From Candidatus Obscuribacterales bacterium (GTDB lineage Bacteria > Cyanobacteriota > Vampirovibrionia > Obscuribacterales > Obscuribacteraceae): a stretch of 64,000 nt of DNA. The stretch covers positions 1,408,001 to 1,472,000 of the forward strand of contig CBDDIJ010000005.1 in NCBI GenBank assembly GCA_965228855.1, written 5' to 3'. Each line of letters starts with the position of its first letter. Within the stretch, counting starts at the first letter, position 1. This document shows, piece by piece, positions 10,426 to 20,739 of the stretch. Below the pieces are notes generated by a model. The model worked only from the letters and a program-made list of their open reading frames with translations, made no database searches and was not told the origin of the DNA. A program made the position numbers and the translations under genes.

Positions 10426-13400
10426 TTACCGTTTATAGAGCCACACCCTCAATAGTGATAATAGCTGACTTTTGTCGACCGGTTTCGAGATGTAGTCAGA
10501 GGCACCGGACTCGAGACACTTTCTTCGATCTTCTTTCATTGCTTTAGCGGTCACCGCGATGATTGGAAGGTTACTAAAGCGCTCGTCCCGACGAATCACC
10601 TGCATAGCTTCATAACCATCCATTTCGGGCATCATCATATCCATCAACACCAGCTCCACATCAGGGTTCTGCTCCAATCGATCGATTGCCTCCTTACCAT
10701 TTTCAGCATAAAGCAGTTTCATGTTTTGTCTTTGTAGCGCACCTTTCATAGCGGCGATGTTTCTTGGATCATCATCCACAATTAAAACTTTTCGCCCGGT
10801 TAGCGGGTGATCGGTTTGGCGCACAGAATCAATCATCCGGCGCTTGCTCTCCGGCAGACTGGCTTCGACCCGGTGAAGAAACAGGAGAACTTCGCTCAAA
10901 AGCCGTTCGGGAGAGTCGACATCTTTTACGGTGCTCGTAATTCTCAATTTATCGATAGTTTCAGTCTCTTCGCCGGTGAGCGCCCGGTCGGCGTAAATGA
11001 GAACGGGAGGCTTGTCCGAATAAATCTTTTGGATCTGACCTATCAGATCAGTCCCTTTCTTGTCTTGCAGATCGATATCAACAACCACACAGTCAAATAC
11101 ATTCTGGGACATAATCGCAAGCGCTTCTTCGCCTGTCCCGACCGCCGACACGGATATATTACTATCACCAATCACCTCAGCTAATCTCGAGCGCAGGCCA
11201 GTGTCATGCGCGACCAGAAGTATGCTCCCGCTCTCCTTGACCATAAAATTTTTGATCCTGTCCAGAGCATCCTTGACACCACTTACAGACACAGGTTTGG
11301 CGGCAAAACCTACCGCGCCTGACTCCAAGCTGCGCTGTCCTTCCACATCAACCGAGATTATGTGTACAGGAATATGCCTTGTGTCCGGATACTGCTTCAA
11401 CTGGTCGAGCACTGTCCAGCCCTGCATGTCAGGCAGGTTTAAATCAAGCGTGATGCCGTCCGGATTGATTCTGCGGGCTAGCTCGATGCCATCTCTACCA
11501 TTGGCAGCAACAACCCCTCTGAAAGAATGCTTGCGCGCCAGATCCAGGAGCATCCGCGCGAATGCTTCGTCATCTTCGATGACCAGAAGCACCCGGTCTT
11601 CCGGTCCAATGTCGCGCCGGTCATCACTAATGGCGCTGCTCGATGCGAGGATGCGAGTATCACGTGTGGACTCAATCGTCTTCTCTAGTTCTCGGAAACT
11701 GGCCGGCGATGGTTTTCTACCCATGCCCGCAGGATGTGACGCCGTCCGATCAAGCCGTCCATCATAGGCCAACGGAAGAACTATCGTGAAAGTGCAACCT
11801 TCTCCAACCTCGCTTCTAAGGTCAATGTATCCGCCTAGCAACTCACTGAGCTGCCGACAGATAGCAAGACCCAACCCGGTGCCACCGTACTTTCCCTTGA
11901 TGGTAGAGTCGGCCTGGCGAAAGGCTTCAAACACCAACTCTTGTTTATCTCGACTGATACCTATCCCGGTATCGACAACTTGAAGTCGCAAGCAAGGTCT
12001 GTCACCACCTGCGCCACCACTTACAACATCAATTCCAAGCTTGACGCTACCCTTTTCCGTAAATTTAAACGAGTTGGTGAGAAGATTAGTCAGCAACTGC
12101 GACAACCGCTTCGAGTCCGATCGTATCGACTTCGGCACCTCCGGCGAAACACTAATTTCAAACTGCAGCCCTTTCGCCTGAGCGGTCTTTCCAAAGGTCC
12201 TCTCCATCTCATCGACAAGATCTTGAATGTCGACCTCGGTCATGTTTAAAACGACTGTACCTGATTCGATTTTCGAGAGATCGAGAACATCATCAATCAG
12301 ACTCAACAGCGTTTTACCTGCACTGTGAATATTCTTGGCATAATCAACCTGAAAGTCCAAAAGATTCTTGTCTTCGTTTTCACCAAGCAATTCCGAAAAA
12401 ATCAGAAGACTATTCAACGGAGTTCGCAAGTCATGCGACATATTTGCGAGGAACTCTGATTTGTACTTAGATGCTTGCGCTAGCTCATTTGCTTTGGCTT
12501 CTACACTGACTTGCATCTGCTCAAGCTCAATATTCTTGTCCGATATTTCCTGATTCTGGATATCGAGAGCATCAGCTTTCTCCTCCAATTCTTCGTTGGC
12601 AGTGCGCAATTCATCTTGTTGACACTCGAGCTCCTCTTGCTGAGCCTGGAGTTCTTCATTCAAGATCTGCGACTCCTGCAATAACAGATCGACTCTGTTC
12701 GAGACGTTGATCGAATTGAACATCGAGGCGATCCATGAGCTTAGCTCATCAATAAAATCGATATGCTTTTTGGAGAACTCCTGCAGTCCGGCAACTTCAA
12801 AAACGCCTTTGACCTCTCCCTCAAACAAAAGCGGAACTATCACAACTTCGAACGGCTGCGAACGTGCTGTGGCGGTCTTGATCACAAAAGCATCGGAGCG
12901 AACATCATGCAAATTTAGGCGCCGTTTATCAATAGCACACTGGCCGATCAGCCCGTCGCCAAATTTAAACGATTCAGGCAGTTCCGACGCGTCGCCACCA
13001 TATGCGGCGGCAAGCTGCAAAGAATCGAGATTGGTTTCATCGCCGATAACATACATTGCGCCATGATGTGCCCCCAACATCGGCACCAATTCGCTCAAAA
13101 ATATCTCACTGGCAGTCTTCAAAGACCGCTGCCCCTGAAGGATTACTGCGAATTTATTAAGCCCGGAGCGGTGCCAATCCTGCGCCGCCTGCGATTCCGA
13201 AAGTGTTCTCAGTCTCTCAATCATTATGTTGAAGGAGCGTGCCAATTGAGACAACTCATCTTTTGAAGTAACCGGACAACGAAAGTCGAGATCGCCGGCG
13301 GCGACTTTATCTGTACCTTGAATCAGACCACTGACGTTCTTCTCAAAACCTCTCACAATGACCGTTCCCGTCAAACCAATCGCGAACATAGATCCAAAGG

Positions 13401-13986
13401 CCAGAATAACAAGCAGGGTTTCTGTACCTCGTATCGACTCGATCGTCTCTTCGGTCCGCTGCTTCAAGAGGCGCTCTTCCTCGGTCTTTATGCGATTGAG
13501 TACCGACACCCAGCGAAATGTGTTTCCATTTTCCGGTGTCCGTAGAAGCTTCAGAGACTCACTCAAACCAGAGTCTTTTCGCGCTTGACGTATTGCCTGG
13601 AGTTGCTGCAATCTCTCGGACATAAGCGGACTGAGGTCATTCAAGTTTTGCTGCTGTGCCGGATTGTCTGATGTCAACGACTTTAATCGGTTGAAACATC
13701 TTTCAACTTTTGCTGTAAGTTCATCCGCACCTTGAAGAAAACGCTCATCGCCAGATGCGACATATCCTCGAATGCGCGATTCATATTCTTTGAGCGAGGA
13801 TTCAAGAGTGTCTCTCTCGAGAATGACTTCCACGGTATGCGAAACCCATCTCCGAGAATAGTTAATGCCCTCGATATTGCTGTGTGCAAAATAGGCGAGA
13901 CAGACTATGCACACTACCGATATGAAAAAACCAATCGTAATGCGCGTAGCTATTTTCATATTTCTGTCCTGTTTGAGATGCGTCAA
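10426..13986 (-). CDS. Hybrid histidine kinase: CHASE3-HAMP-GAF-coiled coil-HisKA-HATPase-3xREC
   Basis: CHASE3 (WVSHTVEV, RGY..SGDE.FL), HAMP (DEL..LARSFN.M), H-box FLANMSHDLRTPLN, G-boxes, three receivers. The start may be ATG 13959. Confidence 0.92.
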   Translation of the reverse strand: MTHLKQDRNMKIATRITIGFFISVVCIVCLAYFAHSNIEGINYSRRWVSHTVEVILERDTLESSLKEYESRIRGYVASGDERFLQGADELTAKVERCFNRLKSLTSDNPAQQQNLNDLSPLMSERLQQLQAIRQARKDSGLSESLKLLRTPENGNTFRWVSVLNRIKTEEERLLKQRTEETIESIRGTETLLVILAFGSMFAIGLTGTVIVRGFEKNVSGLIQGTDKVAAGDLDFRCPVTSKDELSQLARSFNIMIERLRTLSESQAAQDWHRSGLNKFAVILQGQRSLKTASEIFLSELVPMLGAHHGAMYVIGDETNLDSLQLAAAYGGDASELPESFKFGDGLIGQCAIDKRRLNLHDVRSDAFVIKTATARSQPFEVVIVPLLFEGEVKGVFEVAGLQEFSKKHIDFIDELSSWIASMFNSINVSNRVDLLLQESQILNEELQAQQEELECQQDELRTANEELEEKADALDIQNQEISDKNIELEQMQVSVEAKANELAQASKYKSEFLANMSHDLRTPLNSLLIFSELLGENEDKNLLDFQVDYAKNIHSAGKTLLSLIDDVLDLSKIESGTVVLNMTEVDIQDLVDEMERTFGKTAQAKGLQFEISVSPEVPKSIRSDSKRLSQLLTNLLTNSFKFTEKGSVKLGIDVVSGGAGGDRPCLRLQVVDTGIGISRDKQELVFEAFRQADSTIKGKYGGTGLGLAICRQLSELLGGYIDLRSEVGEGCTFTIVLPLAYDGRLDRTASHPAGMGRKPSPASFRELEKTIESTRDTRILASSSAISDDRRDIGPEDRVLLVIEDDEAFARMLLDLARKHSFRGVVAANGRDGIELARRINPDGITLDLNLPDMQGWTVLDQLKQYPDTRHIPVHIISVDVEGQRSLESGAVGFAAKPVSVSGVKDALDRIKNFMVKESGSILLVAHDTGLRSRLAEVIGDSNISVSAVGTGEEALAIMSQNVFDCVVVDIDLQDKKGTDLIGQIQKIYSDKPPVLIYADRALTGEETETIDKLRITSTVKDVDSPERLLSEVLLFLHRVEASLPESKRRMIDSVRQTDHPLTGRKVLIVDDDPRNIAAMKGALQRQNMKLLYAENGKEAIDRLEQNPDVELVLMDMMMPEMDGYEAMQVIRRDERFSNLPIIAVTAKAMKEDRRKCLESGASDYISKPVDKSQLLSLLRVWLYKR

Positions 13987-15080
13987 ATCCTCGGAAATTC
14001 AAGCACGAATGAACTCCCTCTGCCGGGGTTGGGATCGAAAGTTATTGTGCCATTGTGGTGCTGAACGATTTGCTTACACAGATAAAGACCAAGTCCGGTA
14101 CTTCGCGAGTAACCACGGCCGGTGGCACCTCTGTAGAAGCGCTCAAAAAGATATCTCCTGTCTTCGTCGGAAATTCCCGGTCCTGTGTCCGTTACTGCCA
14201 GACGAACCTTATTTTCACCGGAGGCAAGCCGAATCGTGACCATGCCACCGCGAGGAGTAAACTTAAGCGCATTGTCCAGAAGGTTCCGGACAACTCGTGA
14301 AATTGAACTCGCATCAGCCATTATCGCGATATCGTCGCCATCTGAGATCTCGCTACTGATTTGGATGGAACGATCTTCGGCAAGATGCTCGACTTCAAGC
14401 ATGCAGTTGCGAACAAGATTGACTAGATTTGTGTGTTGAAAGGAAATAGTGTGCAGATCTTTGTCGTATCGATAAACTTCAAGCAGATTCGAAATCATCT
14501 CCAGTAATGTGGTGTTGCTGTCAGCCAGTCGCCGAAGAAGCTCAGACTGATCGTCGGCTAACGGTCCCAGGTCGCCCTTCACCAGAAGCCCCAGAATGCG
14601 ATTCGCTCCCTGGAGAGGACCTTTCAGATCGTGCGTGAGAGTAGCGACAAAGTCCTCACGCTCCGCCATTATTTTCGCTCGCTCTATCGCGTAACTAATG
14701 GCTCGGGAAAGCGTTCGGCCATTGATATCACCTTTGACGAGATAGTCTTGTGCCCCCTGCCGCATCGCCGTCATCGCCAATTGTTCATCGTCACGGCCGG
14801 TTAGCACGATGATTGGAATTCCAGAGCAGGTATTCCTTACATCAATGAAAGTGTCGAGGCCCTGACTGTCAGGCAAATTCAAGTCCAACAAAATGACGTC
14901 GATGGACTCGTCGGCCTTGCGCTCAACGTTGGCCCGGACTATCAGATTCGACGCAGCACCTAAAGAGGTCGCCTCGAGCTTCTCAATCTCAAAATTTGCG
15001 TTGCGTGAAAGTGCCGCCCCAATTGCCTTTGCAAAGGTCTCATCATCTTCCACTAGTAACACGCGAACAAACTTGCTCAA
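13983..15080 (-). CDS. Receiver-histidine kinase hybrid
   Basis: N-terminal REC (LLVEDD, LLDLNLPD), H-box THDLKGPL, DTGPGI, GLGLYL; TTG start. Confidence 0.9.
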   Translation of the reverse strand: MSKFVRVLLVEDDETFAKAIGAALSRNANFEIEKLEATSLGAASNLIVRANVERKADESIDVILLDLNLPDSQGLDTFIDVRNTCSGIPIIVLTGRDDEQLAMTAMRQGAQDYLVKGDINGRTLSRAISYAIERAKIMAEREDFVATLTHDLKGPLQGANRILGLLVKGDLGPLADDQSELLRRLADSNTTLLEMISNLLEVYRYDKDLHTISFQHTNLVNLVRNCMLEVEHLAEDRSIQISSEISDGDDIAIMADASSISRVVRNLLDNALKFTPRGGMVTIRLASGENKVRLAVTDTGPGISDEDRRYLFERFYRGATGRGYSRSTGLGLYLCKQIVQHHNGTITFDPNPGRGSSFVLEFPRI

Positions 15081-15220
15081 AGCTTACAGACTCTGCCTTT
15101 TTGTCAAAAATGCCACATCTTAATTTAGTCATCCTTTCCTCTTCTTCGCTATCCTGCTATCGGGTGATTTTCAGATGGCGCACATTTTAGTAATATCGAA
15201 TTACATCCTGGTATCGAAGA

Positions 15221-15616
15221 ATGTCTCAATGCAACATTTTGATCGTCGAGGACAATGACCTGCAACAGGCTTTGTACCGCGCGCTGTCAAAGAAATACGA
15301 CTTTGACTTGACTATGGTCAAGACGTCTCGAGAAGCCCTTGAAACGCTCCACGAAAATCCAACGTTCGATTTAATTCTGATGGATTTAGGACTTGCTGAC
15401 ACTAACGGCTGCGAATGTTCAATAAGAATTCGCGAGGCTGAAATCGACCTCGGTGTTCACATTCCGATAGTGGCAGTCACAGGTCACACCACTGAAGAGT
15501 ATAAGAACGAATGCTTCGAAGCAGGCATGGACGGCTTTCTTTCTAAACCGTTCAGCGTCACCGAATTCGGTGCAGCGATTAAACGGTTTTCTCGATCGCC
15601 AGTGACAATCGATTAA
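15221..15616 (+). CDS. Single-domain response regulator
   Basis: ILIVEDN, DLILMD, IPIVAVT, AGMDGFLSKP; divergent from the kinase cluster. Confidence 0.9.
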   Translation: MSQCNILIVEDNDLQQALYRALSKKYDFDLTMVKTSREALETLHENPTFDLILMDLGLADTNGCECSIRIREAEIDLGVHIPIVAVTGHTTEEYKNECFEAGMDGFLSKPFSVTEFGAAIKRFSRSPVTID

Positions 15617-16590
15617 AATTTAGCTGCGAGCTGCAACCTTTTGCCTTGAAAACTTTGACGCGCCTCAAGCTCGCCATCGATCTTCTTCATAATCCGCTCT
15701 TTCTCGAAAGCCCATTGCGGCGCGATAATTTCGTCTTCCGAGCCCTCCGCGACCAGACGCATAATCACCATATCCGGTGGCAACATCTCGAGTGCATCAG
15801 CGACCAATCTGACGTATCGATCCTCGTCGAGAACGGGTAGATTCCCCATCCGAAAATCGATTTCCATCGGCGTGCCTTTATAAATGCACAACTGGTGGAT
15901 CTTGATACCGTCAATCGGACATTGTGCTACCTGTCTCACAGTCTCAAGCATTTGCTCGTCTGTTTCATCCGGCAAGCCGAAGATCAGGTGTGTCGCGACT
16001 TTCAAGTTTCGTTTCTTTGCTCGTTCGACGGCATCAAAAAATTCTTCGGCTGAATGTCCGCGGTTTATCTTATCGAGTGTTTCGTTAAAGACTGATTGCA
16101 AGCCCAGTTCCAGCCAAACAAAAGTCTTCTCGTTGTATTCGGCGAGAAGATCGAGAATGTTGTCGTCAACACAGTCGGGTCTCGTGCCGATACAAATCCC
16201 GACGACGTCCTCGAATTCGAAGGCCACATCGTAAAGTTGGCGCAAAGCGGCTTCAGGAGCGTAGGTGTTTGAAAAAGCTTGAAAGTACGCCAGGTACTTT
16301 TGCGCTTTGAATCTCCTTTTAGCTCGATTGATACCCTTTTCCATCTGGCCGCGCACGCTGGCGGCAGTGTCGATAGTCGGCGCCCCGGAGCCGCGGTCGT
16401 CACAGAAGGTGCAACCACCAAATGCGCGAACACCATCGCGATTCGGACAAGTAAAGCCGGCGTCGATTGGAACGCGGTAAACGCGGGCTCCGAAGTAGTC
16501 TTTAAGGTAGTTGTTAAAGGTTCGATACGCTGGCATAGGTTCCCCGCCGGGCTGACGCAGTGGCAACTCCGAAGGCTTAAGGGTTGTCAA
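15613..16590 (-). CDS. Radical SAM protein, YhcC/TIGR01212 family
   Basis: DAGFTCPNRDG..GGCTFC, YFQAFSNTY, IGTRPDC, ELGLQS, GIKIHQL. Confidence 0.92.
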   Translation of the reverse strand: MTTLKPSELPLRQPGGEPMPAYRTFNNYLKDYFGARVYRVPIDAGFTCPNRDGVRAFGGCTFCDDRGSGAPTIDTAASVRGQMEKGINRAKRRFKAQKYLAYFQAFSNTYAPEAALRQLYDVAFEFEDVVGICIGTRPDCVDDNILDLLAEYNEKTFVWLELGLQSVFNETLDKINRGHSAEEFFDAVERAKKRNLKVATHLIFGLPDETDEQMLETVRQVAQCPIDGIKIHQLCIYKGTPMEIDFRMGNLPVLDEDRYVRLVADALEMLPPDMVIMRLVAEGSEDEIIAPQWAFEKERIMKKIDGELEARQSFQGKRLQLAAKF

Positions 16591-16690
16591 CCTTCAATGT
16601 TACTACGTCTTGGATATATCTCTCCGAAATTCCTCTAATTGACGGTCCGTTGCCAGCCTGCTATTCTGACAAAACCTTCTACACATGGAC

Positions 16691-16763
16691 GCCCCCATCG
16701 TCTAGAGGCCCAGGACACCTCCCTTTCACGGAGGCGACAGGGGTTCGAATCCCCTTGGGGGTA
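16691..16763 (+). tRNA. tRNA-Glu(TTC), CCA not encoded
   Basis: Cloverleaf GCCCCCA..TGGGGGT-A, anticodon arm CCTCC-CTTTCAC-GGAGG, T-loop GGTTCGAATCC. Confidence 0.97.
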
Positions 16764-16772
16764 TTAGTTGAG

Positions 16773-16805
16773 AAACACAGGCTTTCGAGCCTGTGTTTTT
16801 TGTTT
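16773..16805 (+). terminator. Rho-independent terminator after tRNA-Glu
   Basis: AAACACAGGCT-TTCG-AGCCTGTGTTT followed by a T-tract. Confidence 0.85.
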
Positions 16806-16979
16806 GCACAAACTCGGATCCAAACCCGGAAACGCTCGCTGAGCGACTGTCCGATAGAGTCGTTTGTTTCGATGTGTAACGGGGAGCCATTCATTCAAAT
16901 GAGATAATCTCGATATTACGGGTGCAATTTAAGAACCCGGGCATCCCAATCACGCATCCCAACGACCCACAGGCAAGGT

Positions 16980-18200
16980 ATGACTGACGGCGGCGGCACG
17001 CTCATAAAGCTTGGAGACTTGCTGATTCGGGTCGGCATTCTCAAGCCGAAAGAGCTCGAAGATTGCATAAGAACCGCCGGCGAGACGGGTCTGCCAATCG
17101 GTCGCGTGCTGATAATGTCCGGCTACATGACTGATAGAGAACTTGCGGCGGCCGTTCAGGCGCAGTCGCTAATAAAAGACCGAGTAGTCGAAGTAGAAAC
17201 CGCTCTCGATGCTCTGAAGCAGGTAGCTAATGAAGATGTCACTCTTGAACAAGCACTCCGCAAGCGCGGTTGGGCAGGCAAGAAAACAACGGAAACAGCT
17301 AAGCTCGGCGAACTCCTGCGATCGGCGGAATTGGTTTCAGACGAGCAGTTGAACGGATGTTTGACCACAAGCCAGGAAACGGGTCTTCCGCTTGGGCGAA
17401 TTCTTGTTCTCACCCAGGCTATCAGTGAAGAAACACTCGCGTCGGTCTTAACAGCGCAGATTTTGATTCGAGATGGAAAGGTTTCCAAAGAGCAGGCTAT
17501 CAAAGGCTTGCGAGCGTCTAAACGGCGGCGAATTTCTCTGGAAGAATCGCTTATCGACCAGGGATTCTACAAACCGCCGCTGAGACAAACGGTAAAACTT
17601 GGCGAGTTATTTGTGTTATCCGGTTTAGTCACAGACTCGGATCTGATGGGCGCACTCGAAATCGGCTTGACGCGCGAGATGCCTATTGGGCAAGTGCTTG
17701 TGGATTGCGGCTACGTCTCTCGCGGCGTTTTGAATACGGCTTTAAAGTTTCAAGAGATGGTTATTAACGGAACGCTAAACGCGCTGCAGGCAGCAGAGGC
17801 ATTGCGCCAGGTCTCCACTCGAAACATCTCGATGGCACAGTCGGTGGCTGAACTTGGGCTACTAAAGAGCGAGCAGACTGAAACGATTCGACTGGGTGAA
17901 CTTCTCAAAGCTGCAGGCATTGTCACCGAGGACGATATCAAAAGCGCCATAGATTTGAGCGCAAGAAACTCTGCTTTAATTGGCAAGATCCTGTTGGTTA
18001 CAGGCTTGATCAATGAGCAAACTCTGCACGCTTCATTGCGAGCGCAATTTCTGGTTCGCGAAGGATTTCTGCGAATGGAACAGGCAATCGTCGCGCTGAA
18101 CCATTGCGAGAAAAATGAATGCAGCATCGACGATGCGCTTCAGGAGCTAGGTTGGACAATGCCGTCTCGCGCAAAACTCCACGGCGAACCCGAGTTTTAA
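16980..18200 (+). CDS. Stand-alone protein of four MshEN (T2SSE_N)-like repeats; putative c-di-GMP receptor
   Basis: Four ~100-aa units starting KLGDLL, KLGELL, KLGELF and RLGELL, each followed by a second (I/L)GxxL..Q half-motif. Confidence 0.75.
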   Translation: MTDGGGTLIKLGDLLIRVGILKPKELEDCIRTAGETGLPIGRVLIMSGYMTDRELAAAVQAQSLIKDRVVEVETALDALKQVANEDVTLEQALRKRGWAGKKTTETAKLGELLRSAELVSDEQLNGCLTTSQETGLPLGRILVLTQAISEETLASVLTAQILIRDGKVSKEQAIKGLRASKRRRISLEESLIDQGFYKPPLRQTVKLGELFVLSGLVTDSDLMGALEIGLTREMPIGQVLVDCGYVSRGVLNTALKFQEMVINGTLNALQAAEALRQVSTRNISMAQSVAELGLLKSEQTETIRLGELLKAAGIVTEDDIKSAIDLSARNSALIGKILLVTGLINEQTLHASLRAQFLVREGFLRMEQAIVALNHCEKNECSIDDALQELGWTMPSRAKLHGEPEF

Positions 18201-18204
18201 AACC

Positions 18205-20739
18205 ATGGCGGATGACAAACTCAAGGAGGAGGAACGCGTCGAACTGGTCGAGAAGCCAGATCCCGTGTCCATGCAACTGCCTTCGAACGCCGGTGAAACA
18301 TCCCCGGGTGAAGAGGAGTTGTCTTCGAGTTCCGAGGAAACGACTTCGAAGGCTGAGGAAACGTCGCAGAACCCCGATAACAAGTCTTCCAATATCGAGG
18401 TTGAGTCAGCAAATATCAGGATTGACGACGACGCAGCGATCCTCGCCGGCAAAGTTTCATTTGCACAGAAAGTTGTAGGCGACCGTTTCGAAGTTCTCGA
18501 TATCATCGGACAAGGCGGTATGGGCTCGGTCTACAAGGTTCGAGATTTAAGCACCGACCGTATCGTCGCATTGAAGTTGTTGAAACCTGAACTCTGCGAA
18601 GATAAGGCAGTGTTAAAACGTTTCCTTCAAGAAGCGGCGTCTCTGTCGGAACTCGACCACGAGAACATAGTGACTGTTTACGACCATGGTATCACCCGCG
18701 ATGGCGCACCGTTTCTCATCATGCAATATTTGGATGGTGAAACTCTCGCCGATTTGATTGCGAAAAACGGCAAGCTCAGCCCTGCGCAGGCGATCGACCT
18801 GACCCTACAAATCTGTAGCGGGCTTTATTACGCACACAAGAAAGGATTTATTCACCGAGACATCAAGCCCAGCAACATAGTGCTTCTTGGCGATGGCACA
18901 ACCCTTCAGGTAAAACTCCTCGACTTCGGAATTGCGAAAATTATCGAGACGAGATCCGCAGCAACAACCAATCTCACCCAGACCGGTGACGTGTTTGGAA
19001 CGCCCGCATACATGAGCCCGGAGCAATGCCAGGGCGGGGACATCGACAGCCGGACGGACATTTACAGTTTAGGCTGCGTCCTCTACGAGATGCTCACAGG
19101 TAAGCAGCCGTTCGCAGGCTCGAACGCAATTCAAGTCGCACTGAAACATATAAACGGAACTCCGGATAGCTTTACTCAAAAACTTCCTGATGGAGACGTT
19201 CTCCACAGCCTCGAAGAAATAGTCTTCAAATGCATGAGGAAAGATCCCAAAGAGCGTTTTGACTCAGCAATCGATGTTTCCTCGGATTTGAAAGCGGTAA
19301 GAATAGGCAAGGCGGTCGGCTACGCTGAAGCTGAGGTAGCGAAAACCGAACTCAAGGGCATCCCAAAGCCAATAATCAGAATTGGACACTTCATTGGAAA
19401 TGTTCTCTTCTACTGGACCGCTTTTGTCCTCTATGTCGTCACTCTATACGCAATTTACATCTCCGATCCCACCATTGCGTTCTATGACCGCGGCGAGGTT
19501 ACTGCTGGACTATTTGGGACTTTGATTTTCGGTCTCGCCATCCATGCTAAGGGAGCGGTTACGACAATCAAACGGTTGCATAAACGCAGAACTCTTCTTG
19601 AATGGATGATGGCACTACTGGAGGTGCTCTTATTCAGTCTCTACGCTTTGCTCGGTCTACTGATCGGACTACCGGAATCGACCATGGGAGGTGATATCCT
19701 GTCCGTAGCGATAACGGCATGCATAGTTATGACTTGGTGCCTTCTAATCTTGATCTGCCTGCTGGGTCCGGTATCAATAGCAAGAACAGTTATTCATCGA
19801 ACCATTCACTGGTGGAAGAACAGACAAATTCCTGCCAGCCCCAAATTTAAAACACCAAGAGTTCCTGTAAAGTTTGGACCCGCATTTACCAGAATCGGCG
19901 CTCTCTCCACAGCACTGATCGCCGGATTTATTGCGGTAAATCCGACTGAAACTAGTTCTCTTATGAGCACGGGTGTTTACAATCTGATTGAATTTAGCGG
20001 CTCAAACTTGGCTGTGCCGGTTCTCAATGCGGCAATTTCACTGGACTCGCGAAACGTTCATGCATATAAAGCTCTGGCCTATCGATTCGACCAGGACGGC
20101 GAGTCAGAAAAGAAATTGGAAATACTCAATCAAGGTCTCAAGATCGCACCAGGTGACCCAAAACTTTTAATCGATAGAGGTGAAACCCATCTGGCCGACG
20201 AGCAATATCCGAAAGCGGCGGCAGATTTTGAGAAGAAGGCAAACCAACACCTTGACGCACGCATGGGTCTGGGCAAGGCATATCTTGGTATGGGTGATTT
20301 TGAAAGGTCGTACAAAACATTCACGGCTGCAATCAGTGAATCGAGAAGCTCAGAAGGCTCTCTATCGGACGCCTACACGGGACGCGCGCTGGCGTCATAT
20401 GCGCTAGGGAATTACCAGGCTGCTATCGACGACCTGAGTAAGTCTATCGAGGAAGGCGATGGCTCAAACAAGCCGTTGGACTATGTTCGACGCGGGCTCG
20501 CGTATCAGGCAATTGGACAGAGAACAGCTGCTCGTAACGACTTCGAAACGGCATACCGCGGCTACAGCAGTGAATCCGATGGGGAAACGGCTCTGGCAAT
20601 AGCATTCTGCTATACCCAGATAGGTGACAAGCCAGCGGCCGAAAAGGCGATGTCTGATGCCATGGAAGAGGATATGAACAAGGATGATTTGAAGAGCATT
20701 ATCTTCCCGAACCTTCCATCCGTGAAATTCAAGTGGTAG
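18205..20739 (+). CDS. Membrane Ser/Thr protein kinase with C-terminal TPR repeats
   Basis: GQGGMGSVY, VALK, HRDIKPSN, DFGIAK, GTPAYMSPEQ; several TM helices; TPR-like helices. Confidence 0.93.
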   Translation: MADDKLKEEERVELVEKPDPVSMQLPSNAGETSPGEEELSSSSEETTSKAEETSQNPDNKSSNIEVESANIRIDDDAAILAGKVSFAQKVVGDRFEVLDIIGQGGMGSVYKVRDLSTDRIVALKLLKPELCEDKAVLKRFLQEAASLSELDHENIVTVYDHGITRDGAPFLIMQYLDGETLADLIAKNGKLSPAQAIDLTLQICSGLYYAHKKGFIHRDIKPSNIVLLGDGTTLQVKLLDFGIAKIIETRSAATTNLTQTGDVFGTPAYMSPEQCQGGDIDSRTDIYSLGCVLYEMLTGKQPFAGSNAIQVALKHINGTPDSFTQKLPDGDVLHSLEEIVFKCMRKDPKERFDSAIDVSSDLKAVRIGKAVGYAEAEVAKTELKGIPKPIIRIGHFIGNVLFYWTAFVLYVVTLYAIYISDPTIAFYDRGEVTAGLFGTLIFGLAIHAKGAVTTIKRLHKRRTLLEWMMALLEVLLFSLYALLGLLIGLPESTMGGDILSVAITACIVMTWCLLILICLLGPVSIARTVIHRTIHWWKNRQIPASPKFKTPRVPVKFGPAFTRIGALSTALIAGFIAVNPTETSSLMSTGVYNLIEFSGSNLAVPVLNAAISLDSRNVHAYKALAYRFDQDGESEKKLEILNQGLKIAPGDPKLLIDRGETHLADEQYPKAAADFEKKANQHLDARMGLGKAYLGMGDFERSYKTFTAAISESRSSEGSLSDAYTGRALASYALGNYQAAIDDLSKSIEEGDGSNKPLDYVRRGLAYQAIGQRTAARNDFETAYRGYSSESDGETALAIAFCYTQIGDKPAAEKAMSDAMEEDMNKDDLKSIIFPNLPSVKFKW

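Noticed and set aside
16691..16980. Integrative element at tRNA-Glu
   Set aside because: No integrase and no duplicated tRNA 3' end seen in the window.
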